In this document: positions 1-10,846 of the stretch, one piece after another
How positions within the stretch are numbered: position 1 is the first letter of the stretch
Layout of the letters: every line of letters begins with the position of its first letter
DNA from: TPA_inf: Saccharomyces
Lineage: Eukaryota
Assembly (NCBI GenBank): GCA_000146045.2
Contig: BK006936.2
Coordinates: 1-64,000, forward strand
Direction of reading: 5' to 3'
DNA length: 64,000 nt
Made by a program: the position numbers and the translations under genes
The notes under the pieces: model-generated
Told to the model about the DNA's origin: nothing
The model's input: only the letters and a program-made list of their open reading frames with translations
The model's database searches: none

Positions 1-279
1 AAATAGCCCTCATGTACGTCTCCTCCAAGCCCTGTTGTCTCTTACCCGGATGTTCAACCAAAAGCTACTTACTACCTTTATTTTATGTTTACTTTTTATA
101 GGTTGTCTTTTTATCCCACTTCTTCGCACTTGTCTCTCGCTACTGCCGTGCAACAAACACTAAATCAAAACAATGAAATACTACTACATCAAAACGCATT
201 TTCCCTAGAAAAAAAATTTTCTTACAATATACTATACTACACAATACATAATCACTGACTTTCGTAACAACAATTTCCT

Positions 280-2658
280 TCACTCTCCAACTTCTCTGCT
301 CGAATCTCTACATAGTAATATTATATCAAATCTACCGTCTGGAACATCATCGCTATCCAGCTCTTTGTGAACCGCTACCATCAGCATGTACAGTGGTACC
401 CTCGTGTTATCTGCAGCGAGAACTTCAACGTTTGCCAAATCAAGCCAATGTGGTAACAACCACATCTCCGAAATCTGCTCCAAAAGATATTCCAGTTTCT
501 GCCGAAATGTTTTATTGTAGAACAGCCCTATCAGCATCGACAGGAATGCCGTCCAATGCGGCACTTTAGATGGGGTAACTCCCAGCGCAAGCTGATCTCG
601 CAAGTGCATTCCTAGACTTAATTCATATCTGCTCCTCAACTGTCGATGATGCCTGCTAAACTGCAGCTTGACGTACTGCGGACCCTGCAGTCCAGCGCTC
701 GTCATGGAACGCAAACGCTGAAAAACTCCAACTTTCTCGAGCGCTTCCACAAAGACCGTATCGTCTTTTGCCTCCCATTCTTCCCGGCACTTTTTTTCGT
801 CCCAGTTCAAAAAGTACTGCAGCACCTCTGTCTTCGATTCACGCAAGTTGCTCCATACTTTATAATACAACTCTTTGATCTGCCTTCCAGACATGCGGAA
901 AACTTGGCTCCCTTGCTTGCCTCTTGTCGAATCCAATACACTAATTGTTTCTCTTCTTCTAGTAATGGCCAGGTACCAAGCATAATTTCTCTGTATCTGA
1001 GAGTAGATCTCTCTCCTTTTTACGCTAAAATATTTCAAATATCCTACAGGGTCCCCATGATATGGCTCGATGTCTTCCAAGTATTCTTTGTATTCCTCAT
1101 CATTTCGCAGCATTCTCTCCACAGCTAGTGCTTCCCAAGCTATCCTCCGATACGATACTTTCTGGCCAGCCCAACAGACACAGAGCCCGAACATCTTTTG
1201 ACAGCCCTTGCATAATCCGTATTGTGTGAATACTCCCTCTGGGCAGAAGTATATGTCAATACCATAGAGGAAAAGATGTTTAATTTCGTCAGACCGAAAT
1301 CCAAGAAACTGTAAGACATTCATATTCTCGGAAGTATTGGGAAATTGTGCTTTCAGTTTCTTTCTCTCTAGGAAAACCATTTGACTCCCTTTCCGCTTAT
1401 ACGACTCTTTGTTAATGTCGGTGACTGGATGGAATCTATTATCCTCAGCATTGCCATCTTTATTGGCGTCCTCCTTGGCACTAGCGTTGGTACTTTCAGT
1501 GGTAGTGGCATTAGTGCTGGAGTTGGTGCTAGCAGTGGTAGTGGCATTAGTGCTGGAGTTGGTGCTAGCAGTGGTAGTAGCACTAGTGTTGGAGTCGGTA
1601 CTTTCGGTGGTAGTAGCACTAGTGTTGGAGTTGGTACTTTCAGTGGTAGTCGCACTAGTCCTGACGTTGATGCTAGCAGTGGTAGTAGCATTAGTGTTGG
1701 AGTCGGTACTTTCGGTGGTAGTAGCACTAGTGTTGGAGTTGGTACTTTCAGTGGTAGTAGCATTAGTGCTAGAGTTGATACTTTCAGTGGTAGTAGCACT
1801 AGTCCTGACGTTGATGCTGGCAGTGGTAGTAGCACTAGTCCTGACGTTGGTGCTGGCAGTGGTAGTAGCACTAGTCCTGACGTTGGTGCTGGCAGTGGTA
1901 GTAGCATTAGTGCTGGAGTTGGTAGTCGCATTGGTAGTAGCACTAGTCCTGACGTTGGTGCTGGCAGTGGTAGTAGCATTAGTGCTGGAGTTGGTAGTCG
2001 CATTGGTACTGGCATTAGTGTTGGAGTTGGTACTTTCAGTGGTAGTCGCACTAGTCCTGACGTTGATGCTGGCAGTGGTAGTAGCATTAGTGCTGGAGTT
2101 GGTACTTTCAGTGGTAGTCGCACTAGTCCTGACGTTGATGCTGGCAGTGGTAGTAGCATTAGTGCTGGAGTTGGTACTTTCAGTGGTAGTCGCACTAGTC
2201 CTGACGTTGATGCTGGCAGTGGTAGTAGCATTAGTGCTGGAGTTGGTACTTTCAGTGGTAGTAGCATTAGTGTTGGAGTTGGTACTTTCAGTGGTAGTCG
2301 CACTAGTCCTGACGTTGATGCTGGCAGTGGTAGTCGCACTAGTCCTGACGTTGATGCTGGCAGTGGTAGTAGCATTAGTGCTGGAGTTGGTAGTCGCATT
2401 GGTACTGGCATTAGCACTACCATGAATGCACGTGTCGCTGTCCTCATCACTGCTGCAATACTTTCTGCACCTGTCACTGCTATTGCTCTCCTGGAAGCTA
2501 GACGGTAACGCAACGATCGACATGGAAGCTGTCGCCTGATTTTCAGCCAATCTGTCCATTCTTTCTATCAGTTCCACTGTGTCAGCAGACAGGTCTGTCC
2601 TGGAGCCACAGCATCCAACATGCTGGCCCTTTTTTTCCTTTCTTTGATTCAAGTCCAT
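280..2658 (-). CDS. YBL113C: Y' element-encoded protein (YBL113C-type), 792 aa, with an internal Ser/Thr/Asn-rich 12-aa repeat region
   Basis: Long minus-strand [20 protein letters not shown]... through ...SREVGE. The repeat region ([20 protein letters not shown]...) is encoded by the 36-bp tandem array. The N-terminal segment matches Y' helicase-family sequence. Confidence 0.85.
1480..2415. repeat. 36-bp tandem minisatellite, about 26 copies (unit ~GGTAGTGGCATTAGTGCTGGAGTTGGTGCTAGCAGT with variants), inside the Y' ORF
   Basis: The periodicity is directly visible in the sequence. The period is a multiple of 3, so all three plus-strand frames and the minus frames stay open (track ORFs 1368..2513-, 1381..2508+, 1409..2425+). 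Confidence 0.9.
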
Positions 2659-2906
2659 AGAACTCGCGTACCTGTTCGGTTATACAGCCTTCCTTAATCG
2701 GTGGTAATTCACCCTTACGATTCCTTGCCGCCCAACTGTTTTTTCTAGATAATAGATAACAGAGGCCCCCATCTCTTAGTCTCCCTACGCCTTGAATGAG
2801 CTCAATAATATTAAGTCTATTATCAAGCATGATCACCATCATCAATTGCTTAATGTCAATTCCTTCAGTCACTAATTTCGTTCCGATGAGAACTTGCATG
2901 CTACCG

Positions 2907-5009
2907 TCAGTGACAAACTCCTTTGTGCGAGACACCTTTTCTGCAGCACCCAAGCTTCCCGTGTATCCATACCACCCTAAAATACTTTCTCCAAGAGCAG
3001 GCCAATTCTTCCACTTCGTTGGTTGTGCTTGCAACTACAATGGCCTTCGACTCTGGTTCAATTTCAAAGAGGGCTAAAAGAAGCTTCAGTGCTTCTTCGG
3101 GCTGTGATTCCACTTTCTTCCAAATTTTATGAACATGCCCTAAAGGCACCTCGGATTTCTCCTTGATTAGATTAAACATCCGTGTTGGATAGCTGGATAG
3201 ACCTCTGCTGAGATCTTCCGACCGTTTGAGCTCGTTGATGTCCATCGACTTCTTGGCCAGTCCCGTAAGCCCAATACGCTGCAACGCAGCATCAGCAACA
3301 GCCTCAGGGGCTGTGCCGCTCAAAAAGATTGCTTTCTCAAAAGCGTCAAAATCAAGGTTAGTTATGCCCCCAAATTGCGACTGCCGGTAGACCTCCGTTT
3401 CAAAGTTGTGAAACTCATCTACAATGAGGTAACCCAATTTTACGTTGTTGGTCCTAAAGGTGCACTCAACAATATTCTCCCACGCAGCTATCCTGTCTGT
3501 GAAATTAGTGCTAGCAAGATCATCGTAGATCCCCACGTATAAATCAGTAACGCCATCGCAACCTTCTTCAATAAAGTTTCTTACAGGGGCCACATTCAAG
3601 CAACCGCGTCGGCCCAACCTGATCATGCAATTAGCAAGCAACACTGTGTACGGTACAAACAGAAACGACACATATTTCACGTCGCCCTTAGATGCCAGTG
3701 CTATCAAGGGGAGATGAAATAACTCCGTCTTACCATAGCCCGGTGGGGCCTGTACTGCCACAGAGGGTGTGTCTGCCATGTATATTTCATGACATAAGCG
3801 CAACTGATGCAAGTCCCTGAATTCAAAGGAGCTGCCAAAGAGTTTCCGGCCTGCGACGAGGATATCGTTTGTACTCTTGGGCTCTCGGGGCCTTTTTCGC
3901 GTTACTCTTGAAATTTTTTGATCATGATCTGAACTCGCCGCCTCACCTGCCACTACGTCTTCCGCATTCCGAGTACTAGAGAATGAACAATGGTAGTCGC
4001 TTTCAAGGCCTAACCATTGAATCCAGCGCTCGGAAGTGAGTCCGTCAAGCGTCTTTAGTCGAGGCTCCGATGAACCGTTCTTGTTGTATCGTCGACGTAT
4101 ACGTTGCGCTGTAGCTCTGGATAACGGTAAGCGTATCACCGTAAGCTCGTCAATTATTTTTGAGAGCCGCGGTCATTTTGTTAGTATCTCTTCTCAACTT
4201 GGGCAGCACACATGCAAAACATCACCCAATCGGTCCTTTTTGTTCATCATATCGTTACATATCTGTGAAAAGTACTTTATCTCAGTGGGTTTACGTGGGC
4301 ATAGATCACGCTTCAGCCGCTCTGTGTCGACTTTCTTTTCGCCAGGTAAACTTGCTTGGTATGCAGAAAAAATCGATAGCTCATCTACGTGTAGTAACAA
4401 GAACATGTAGGGTGCCAAATTGTATCCATATTTCCTTATGGTGCTTTTCTGAAGACTCCTTACAATAGGTGTGCCAGAAACAAAGTCAGTGAAAGTACGC
4501 ATCGTAGAGCTGTCGTTCGGCCTGGCACTCGCTATTTCGTAACAACGTTCCAGGACACGGAAACTCAACTCATTATAGTATCCTCTGTTGAGGTAAAAAA
4601 GAGAAAGGGTATCGTAATCCTTTCTATTGAATTTCAAAGTATGCACTTGAAACAACGTGTAGACCATCAAGTTGATTTTCTTGGGAATAAGATACTTTGA
4701 AGGGATTGGTCCGCCCTGGAAATCTGGTTCGTCTTCAACAAACGTCAGGAACTTTTGTACATTTTTCCCGACCATGACGGAAACGACAATTTTTTCAAAA
4801 GACCTTTTCCTATCCATTGCACCAGTTCTGAATTTTACCACTTTGATTAGACCAGACTTTTCGTCTTCGTAGAATGACCGCACTTCCGTGGGGATCGATT
4901 CAAATAAAGTTATTGAGGGACAATGTACCAAGTCGTTTTTGTTATTTAGAGCCGACTCAAACTCGTCAAAGTTTGCTTTTTCAAACTTACGCCTATCGGA
5001 AACTTTCAT
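2907..5009 (-). CDS. YBL111C: Y' element DExH-box helicase, two exons (exon 1 ~4216..5009, exon 2 2907..~4116) joined by a ~99-nt intron
   Basis: Exon 2 translation carries Walker A (APPGYGKTE) and a DEFH box (IVDEFHNFE). On the minus strand, between the two ORF segments, a 5' splice site GCATGT sits at ~4215, a TACTAAC branchpoint (plus-strand gttagta) at 4181..4187, and an AG at ~4117. Confidence 0.85.
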
Positions 5010-5848
5010 TTTATTTTTGTAAGTTTCGAAATTAACAATAGTATGTTGATTGCTATGCTTTTTGACAAGAAATCCATCAATATAAACAAAAGATTGTCCA
5101 GTTTCCGTCTTATCATCATCTAAGAATGTAATAATTAAGCTACTCTATTGAGAAGAAGCAGAATCTGCGCTATGCAGGTGCAAATCTCCAGCAGCAGCAA
5201 AGAAAATTCAGTTAATAAGAAATCTCACTAAGATAAGCGACTGTCTGTCCCCTTCAAGCACAACATAGAAAACAGAAGGATGTCTCATTCATCGCTTGAT
5301 TTCCGGCCTGCAAAAATAAAGTAGTCGGTACGTACTTTCGTTTTCAATTTCCATGGTGCACAGTATCTTAACTATCTGCTTAGTCGAGGAGAACCAGGAT
5401 TCTGTTCGTTGCTCAGCCGCTTCGTGGATATTCTCTTGGATACTTTAAACATGGACCTACGTTCCGCTCTCGAAAAGACCAATATAATAAAAAGTTATAA
5501 ATTACATTTCCTTATTAGGTATACGACCTCGCGCTTCGAAGTAGAGGAGCCCTTTTTGGCGTACCTACATATGGCGCGTCAGACAGACAAACTTCCCCCA
5601 AAAATGTATTACCCCGCCGAATAAGAAAACAGACCCATTCACCCACGACGTATCAAGTTACTTCCTTGGTGCAATGTCCCACTATAAAAAAATTCCTTGA
5701 CGCTAGATCGTTGGACTAAAATCTGCGTCACAATCGCCTAAACAGGAAATATTGCCTATTTTCGTACAAGGTTACTTCCTAGATGCTATATGTCCCTACG
5801 GCCTTGTCTAACACCATCCAGCATGCAATACAGTGACATATATATATA

Positions 5849-6610
5849 CCCTAACACTACCCTAACCCTACCCTATTTCAACCCTTCCAACCTGTCTCTC
5901 AACTTACCCTCACATTACCCTACCTCTCCACTTGTTACCCTGTCCCATTCAACCATACCACTCCCAACCACCATCCATCCCTCTACTTACTACCACCAAT
6001 CAACCGTCCACCATAACCGTTACCCTCCAATTAGCCATATTCAACTTCACTACCACTTACCCTGCCATTACTCTACCATCCACCATCTGCTACTCACCAT
6101 ACTGTTGTTCTACCCTCCATATTGAAACGTTAACAAATGATCGTAAATAATACACATATACTTACCCTACCACTTTATACCACCACACATCACATGCCAT
6201 ACTCACCTTCACTTGTATACTGATATGCCATACGCACACGGATGCTACAGTATATACCACTCTCAAACTTACCCTACTCTCACATTCTACTCCACTCCAT
6301 GACCCATCTCTCACTAAATCAGTACTAAATGCACCCACATCATTATGCACGGCACTTGCCTCAGCGGTCTATACCCTGAGCCATTTACCCATAACTCCCA
6401 CGATTATCCACATTTTAATATCTATATCTCATTCGGCGGGCCCAAATATTGTATAACTGCTCTTAATACATACGTTATACCACTTTTGCACCATATACTA
6501 ACCACTCAAATTATATACACTTATGCCAATATAACCAAAAAATTACCACTAAAATCACCTAAACATAAAAATTATTTATCTTTCAACTTTACGAAATAAA
6601 CACACTCAAT
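5849..6610. repeat. X element: subtelomeric repeats with CCCTAA (Tbf1-type TTAGGG) motifs, then the X core
   Basis: CCCTAA occurs twice within 5849..5865, followed by a CCCTACCCTA variant and degenerate TTACCC-like repeats to ~6150. An AT-rich core follows with a near-ARS-consensus match (attatttatcttt at ~6570). The core boundary is approximate. Confidence 0.55.
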
Positions 6611-7604
6611 TGCGTATCTATACCACCATGACGTCATTAACGTAAAAGTTCCTTAATATTACCATTTGCTTGAACGGATACCATTTCAGAATATTTCTAA
6701 CTTTCACAGACCATACATTAGAATAATATGCCACCTCACTGTCGTAACACTCTATATTCACCGAGAAACAATACGGTAGTGGCTCAAACTCATGCCGGTG
6801 CTATGATACAATTGTATCCTATTTCCATTCTCATATGCTATCCGCAATATCCTAAAAGCATAACTGATGCATCTTTAATCTTGTATGTGACACTACTCAT
6901 ACGAAGAGACTATATCTAAAGAAGACGATACAGTGATATGTACGTTGTTTTTGTAGAATTATAATGAAACGTCAAATAACCCTACTATATTATAACTTAT
7001 CAGCGCCGTATACTAAAACGGACGTTACGATATTGTCTCACTTCATCTTACCACCCTCTATCTTATTGTTGATAAAACACTAACCCCTCAGCTTTATTTC
7101 TAGTTACAGTTACAACAAACTATCCCAAACCATAAATCTTAATATTTTAGGTGTCAAAAAATGAGGATCTCCAAATGAGAGTTTGGTACCATGACTTGTA
7201 ACTCCACTACCCTGATCTGCAATCTTGTTCTTAGAAGTGACGCATACTCTATATGGCCCGACGCGACGCGCCAAAAAATGAAAAAAGAAGCAGCGACTCA
7301 TTTTTATGGAAGGACAAAGTGCTGCGAAGTCATACGCTTCCAATTTCATTATTGTTTATTGGACATACTCTGTTAGCTTTATTACCGTCCACGCTTTTTC
7401 TACAATAGTGTAAAAGTTTCTTTCTTATGTTCATCGTATTCATAAAATGCTTCACGAACACCGTCATTGATCAAATAGGTTTATAATATTAATATACATT
7501 TATATAATCGGCGGTATTTATATCATCAAAAAAAGTAGTTTTTTATTTTATTTTTTCATTACTTTTCACTGTCTATGGATTTTCATTCGTAAAGGCATCA
7601 CTCC

Positions 7605-7968
7605 CTAGTTTGCGATAGTGTAGATACCGTCCTTGGATAGAGCACTGGAGATGGCTGGCTTTAATCTGCTGGAGTACCATGGAACACCGGTGATCATTCT
7701 GGTCACTTGGTCTGGGGCAATACCAGTCAACATGGTGGTGAAGTCACCGTAGTTGAAAACGGCTTCAGCAACTTCGACTGGGTAGGTTTCAGTTGGGTGG
7801 GCGGCTTGGAACATGTAGTATTGGGCCAAGTGAGCTCTGATATCAGAGACGTAGACACCCAATTCCACCAAGTTGACTCTTTCGTCAGATTGAGCTAGAG
7901 TGGTGGTTGCAGAAAGCAGTAGCAGCGATGGCAGCGACACCAGCAGCGATTGAAGTTAATTTGACCAT
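7605..7968 (-). pseudogene. PAU9: Seripauperin (PAU/DAN/TIR family) gene, with a +1 frameshift between the signal peptide and the conserved core. Only the C-terminal 42 codons (7605..7733, MLTGIAPDQ...) form an ATG-initiated ORF
   Basis: Minus-strand ATG at ~7968 encodes [18 protein letters not shown], then runs out of frame (GCTTTCTGC where canonical PAUs read GCTTCTGCA). The next frame continues as [33 protein letters not shown]...[10 protein letters not shown], a near-identical match to the PAU consensus. The track ORF 7605..7940 starts at a GTG. Confidence 0.6.
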
Positions 7969-8874
7969 TGTATTTGTTTTGTTTGTTAGTGCTGATGTAA
8001 TCTTAACAAGAAATAGTGAAATGAAAGCGCATACCTCAAAGGCATATAGTTGAAGCAGCTCTATTTATACCCGTTCCTCCATCTGTCATCACTACTTAAA
8101 CGATTCGTTAACAGACGCTCATTTAGCACCTCACATATTCTCCATATCTCATCTTTCACACAATCTCATTATCTCTATGGAGATGCTCTTGTTTCTGAAC
8201 GAATCATACATCTTTCATAGGTTTCGTATGTGGAGTATTGTTTTATGGCACTCATGTGTATTCGTATGCGCAGAATGTGGGAATGCCTATTATAGGGGTG
8301 CCGGGGGGTGCCTTGAAAAACCCTTTTGCGCGCCTGTTAAGTTTCCGTTTTCAGTCAAAAAGAATATCCGAATTTTAGATTTGGACCCTCGTTCAGAAGC
8401 TTACTGTCTAAGCCATCATTTGGTGTGTCCTAAACGGTTTCCATGCAAAGCAACATCTTTGTTACTCATTCCTGAAGGTTGAATAAAAAATAGCAACCAT
8501 GTGCAGGGAGTCGTATATTGTTAGATTCTAGAGACTTGTACGCATCATCAAAGCTGTAAATAGAATAAACATACGCAAGGCGTCAAAAGTGCATAGTTAA
8601 GAAAATTCCTGACATGTGAAAATATGTGTTTATGAAATGTGTCAAGGCCCGTCTATAGCGTAGTTAACCCCTCTGCAGGAGTAAGTGACTTTTTTTACGC
8701 TCAAAAGGCAACGAGGGCACATACTTAAAAGTCATTTTCAAACACATCTGCAGTTTGCAACGACAGATAACAATATTATGATAGGATGGTATGATGTTAT
8801 TAGCTGCCACATATTTTTTAACATAGCATTAGTCACGTCTCTTCAATTGTTGGGATGAAACTCTAAAATATCAT

Positions 8875-9092
8875 TCCTTTAGTAGTATTCCAGTTACCAG
8901 TATATTATCACATGCCGAAAAAGAAGATGACATAAAGATCGACAAACAGTCTTCAAATATAATGGAAGCTGGAATGCAAGGATTGATAATGTAACAGGAT
9001 ACTGAATGACAAAGTATAAATGAAAAAAAAAAAAAAAAAAAAGTAGTAATACTATTATGTGGAAATACCGATTCCATTTTGAGGATTCCAAT
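8875..9092 (+). mobile_element. Degenerate, truncated Ty1/Ty2 delta LTR fragment with an internal A21 tract
   Basis: Recognisable delta blocks: actagtatattatcacatgccg, gaagatgacataaagat, gaagctggaatgcaaggattgataatgtaacagga, gattccattttgaggattcc. A solo delta abuts it at 9093. Confidence 0.55.
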
Positions 9093-9397
9093 TGTTGGAA
9101 TAAAAATCAACTATCATCTACTAACTAGTATTTACGTTACTAGTATATTATCATATACGGTGTTAGAAGATGACGCAAATGATGAGAAATAGTCATCTAA
9201 ATTAGTGGAAGCTGAAACGCAAGGATTGATAATGTAATAGGATCAATGAATATTAACATATAAAACGATGATAATAATATTTATAGAATTGTGTAGAATT
9301 GCAGATTCCCTTTTATGGATTCCTAAATCCTGGAGGAGAACTTCTAGTATATCTACATACCTAATATTATAGCCTTAATCACAATGGAATCCCAACA
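9093..9397 (+). mobile_element. Solo Ty1 delta LTR, 305 bp, TGTTGG...CCCAACA
   Basis: Near-identical to the LTRs of the full-length Ty1 at 29644. It contains the TYA start (ATGGAATCCCAACA) at 9384. It lies ~185 bp upstream of tRNA-Leu, the typical Ty1 target window. Confidence 0.85.
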
Positions 9398-9582
9398 ATT
9401 ACATCAAAATCCACATTCTCTACACCAATACCATCGACGAGAGCTTCTAGTAAATTGTATACATAACAGTATAACCCTTACCAACAATGGAATCTCAAAG
9501 ATTATTAAATTATTCACAGACTCTGAGGATTCGGGTAAAATAGGGTATTTAACTGGTTACCGGAAAGGTTTAGAAAATTCGT

Positions 9583-9666
9583 GGAGGGTTGGCCGAGTGG
9601 TCTAAGGCGGCAGACTTAAGATCTGTTGGACGGTTGTCCGCGCGAGTTCGAACCTCGCATCCTTCA
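9583..9666 (+). tRNA. tL(UAA)B1: tRNA-Leu (anticodon UAA), 84 nt, long variable arm, no intron
   Basis: GGAGGGTTGGCCGAGTGGTCTAAGGCGGCAGACTTAAGATCTG... Anticodon loop gacTTAAgatc; T-arm GTTCGAACC. Class II tRNA. Confidence 0.9.
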
Positions 9667-9960
9667 GTATTTTTTTTGATGATTTAACGTACTATTAACT
9701 AGAATAATAGGGAAATGCAATTGCAGTTTGAGAAGAAGAATTATTAATAAGCCAAAAAGCGGCTCACTAAGTAAGTTTTTCTTCATGGCGTCCTTTGCAT
9801 CCAGCAATAATGGTTTTAGCAAAAAAATCTCTTTCACTACACAAGTTGGAGCATATTTTTTAACAAATACAGATAAACGAAAGGCGATAATAAGTATACT
9901 TCCTATGTACAAGAATCTTTAAGTGATATAATCTTTCAGCGGACTAGAAGAATAGGGCGT

Positions 9961-10551
9961 TCAACTGTTGTCCTTGCAGAATTGCGTAAACTCCTTCAAG
10001 TAGTCATTATTTTGCTCGCAGTTTTGCCTTAAAATGCCCTCTGTTGTAGAAGTTAAAATTTGTTCTATTTTTCTATTATTTGCCACCCACTCTGTCACCT
10101 TCGTCCAATCCTTATATTGAGCTTCCTGTTTCTCCGCTCTTTCTCTTGCAGCGTAAGGATCAATTCTTGCGTCTATAAGTGGTTCCGCAGTAGTCTTTTT
10201 ATTATTACCGCACTGCTGATCGGTCTCGTTCTTCATCTCTGCTGCCTCTTTTTCGCAAAATGAAATTATATTATTCCGTATTTGCCAGTTCGGATATAGT
10301 TCTTGCTTCAAAAATTCCTTACACTTATTTTTTCCATTAATAGAGCCTTTCCTATAGTTGTTTAATTTTTGTCTTATTATATCATCACTTCCATGCCTTA
10401 GAAACCTCAAAAATGAATCTATCAAGCTTGGATCAACACATCTTTCTCGCGTAACTGTGATTGTAGTAAGTGACGGTTCATCATTCGGAAAAGTAAGATT
10501 TGTTTCAAGTAAGCTTTGGGGTGCCGTAAACGTACGCCTATTATCAACCAT
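9961..10551 (-). CDS. MIX23: Small mitochondrial intermembrane-space protein (MIX23/YBL107C), 196 aa
   Basis: ATG-initiated ORF MVDNRRTFTAPQSLLETNLTF..., recognised as YBL107C. Twin Cx-type cysteine pairs are visible (CVDPSL...C; FCEKEAAEMKNETDQQC). Confidence 0.75.
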   Translation of the reverse strand: MVDNRRTFTAPQSLLETNLTFPNDEPSLTTITVTRERCVDPSLIDSFLRFLRHGSDDIIRQKLNNYRKGSINGKNKCKEFLKQELYPNWQIRNNIISFCEKEAAEMKNETDQQCGNNKKTTAEPLIDARIDPYAARERAEKQEAQYKDWTKVTEWVANNRKIEQILTSTTEGILRQNCEQNNDYLKEFTQFCKDNS

Positions 10552-10846
10552 ACCGTCTTTTTGTCTACGTGTATAAATGAGAAGTTTTTTTTCTAACTAT
10601 ATCCAAGTTTTTCAAACTACCCAAAGGATATTTAACTTGGCGGACAAAATTACCGTCACGTTCAAAAGTGAATATATAGGCGATTCTGGGTAACAAGCAA
10701 AAGTAAACTACAATATGGAATAGTGTAAAACTTCACTTATCAACAACAAAATCGCTTCAAGCCTCCTATCTTAGAGTCTAGAGCCTGATAAAATTCTTAT
10801 GCGAGCAAGGGCAACCTGATCGAATTTTATAAAAACTATTTATGGA

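Larger units (their letters stand above)
1..5850. repeat. Subtelomeric Y' element (long class). The window begins inside it with no terminal TG1-3 tract, consistent with the left end of S. cerevisiae chrII (TEL02L)
   Basis: Contains the two characteristic Y' ORFs: YBL113C-like with a 36-bp repeat array, and a two-exon DExH helicase. Ends at the CCCTAA-type repeats starting ~5849. Boundaries are approximate. Confidence 0.85.

Noticed and set aside
646-1128. ORF antisense to the Y' gene (YBL113W-A-like, 160 aa)
   Set aside because: Entirely nested opposite a conserved coding region, with no recognisable motifs. This is a classic dubious ORF.
1368-2513. Three long overlapping ORFs (1368..2513 -, 1381..2508 +, 1409..2425 +) antisense or out of frame to YBL113C
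   Set aside because: These are artefacts of the 36-bp in-frame minisatellite. The repetitive low-complexity translations ([11 protein letters not shown]..., [12 protein letters not shown]...) have no independent start context.
2582-3077. Small ORFs 2582..3034 (-), 2796..3077 (+) and 2923..3132 (+) at the junction of the two Y' genes
   Set aside because: They overlap the helicase exon 2 or the inter-ORF spacer and show no conservation signal. Likely YBL112C-type dubious calls.
5790-6350. ORFs 5790..6125 (+), 5932..6150 (+) and 6162..6350 (-) rich in P/T/Y/H
   Set aside because: They read straight through the CCCTAA/TTACCC subtelomeric repeats, so their composition reflects the repeat and not a protein. 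Their starts also did not reconcile cleanly with my base counting.
8177-8482. 101-aa ORF in subtelomeric spacer (YBL108W-like)
   Set aside because: No motifs, atypical codon usage, isolated in a repeat-rich region; treated as dubious.
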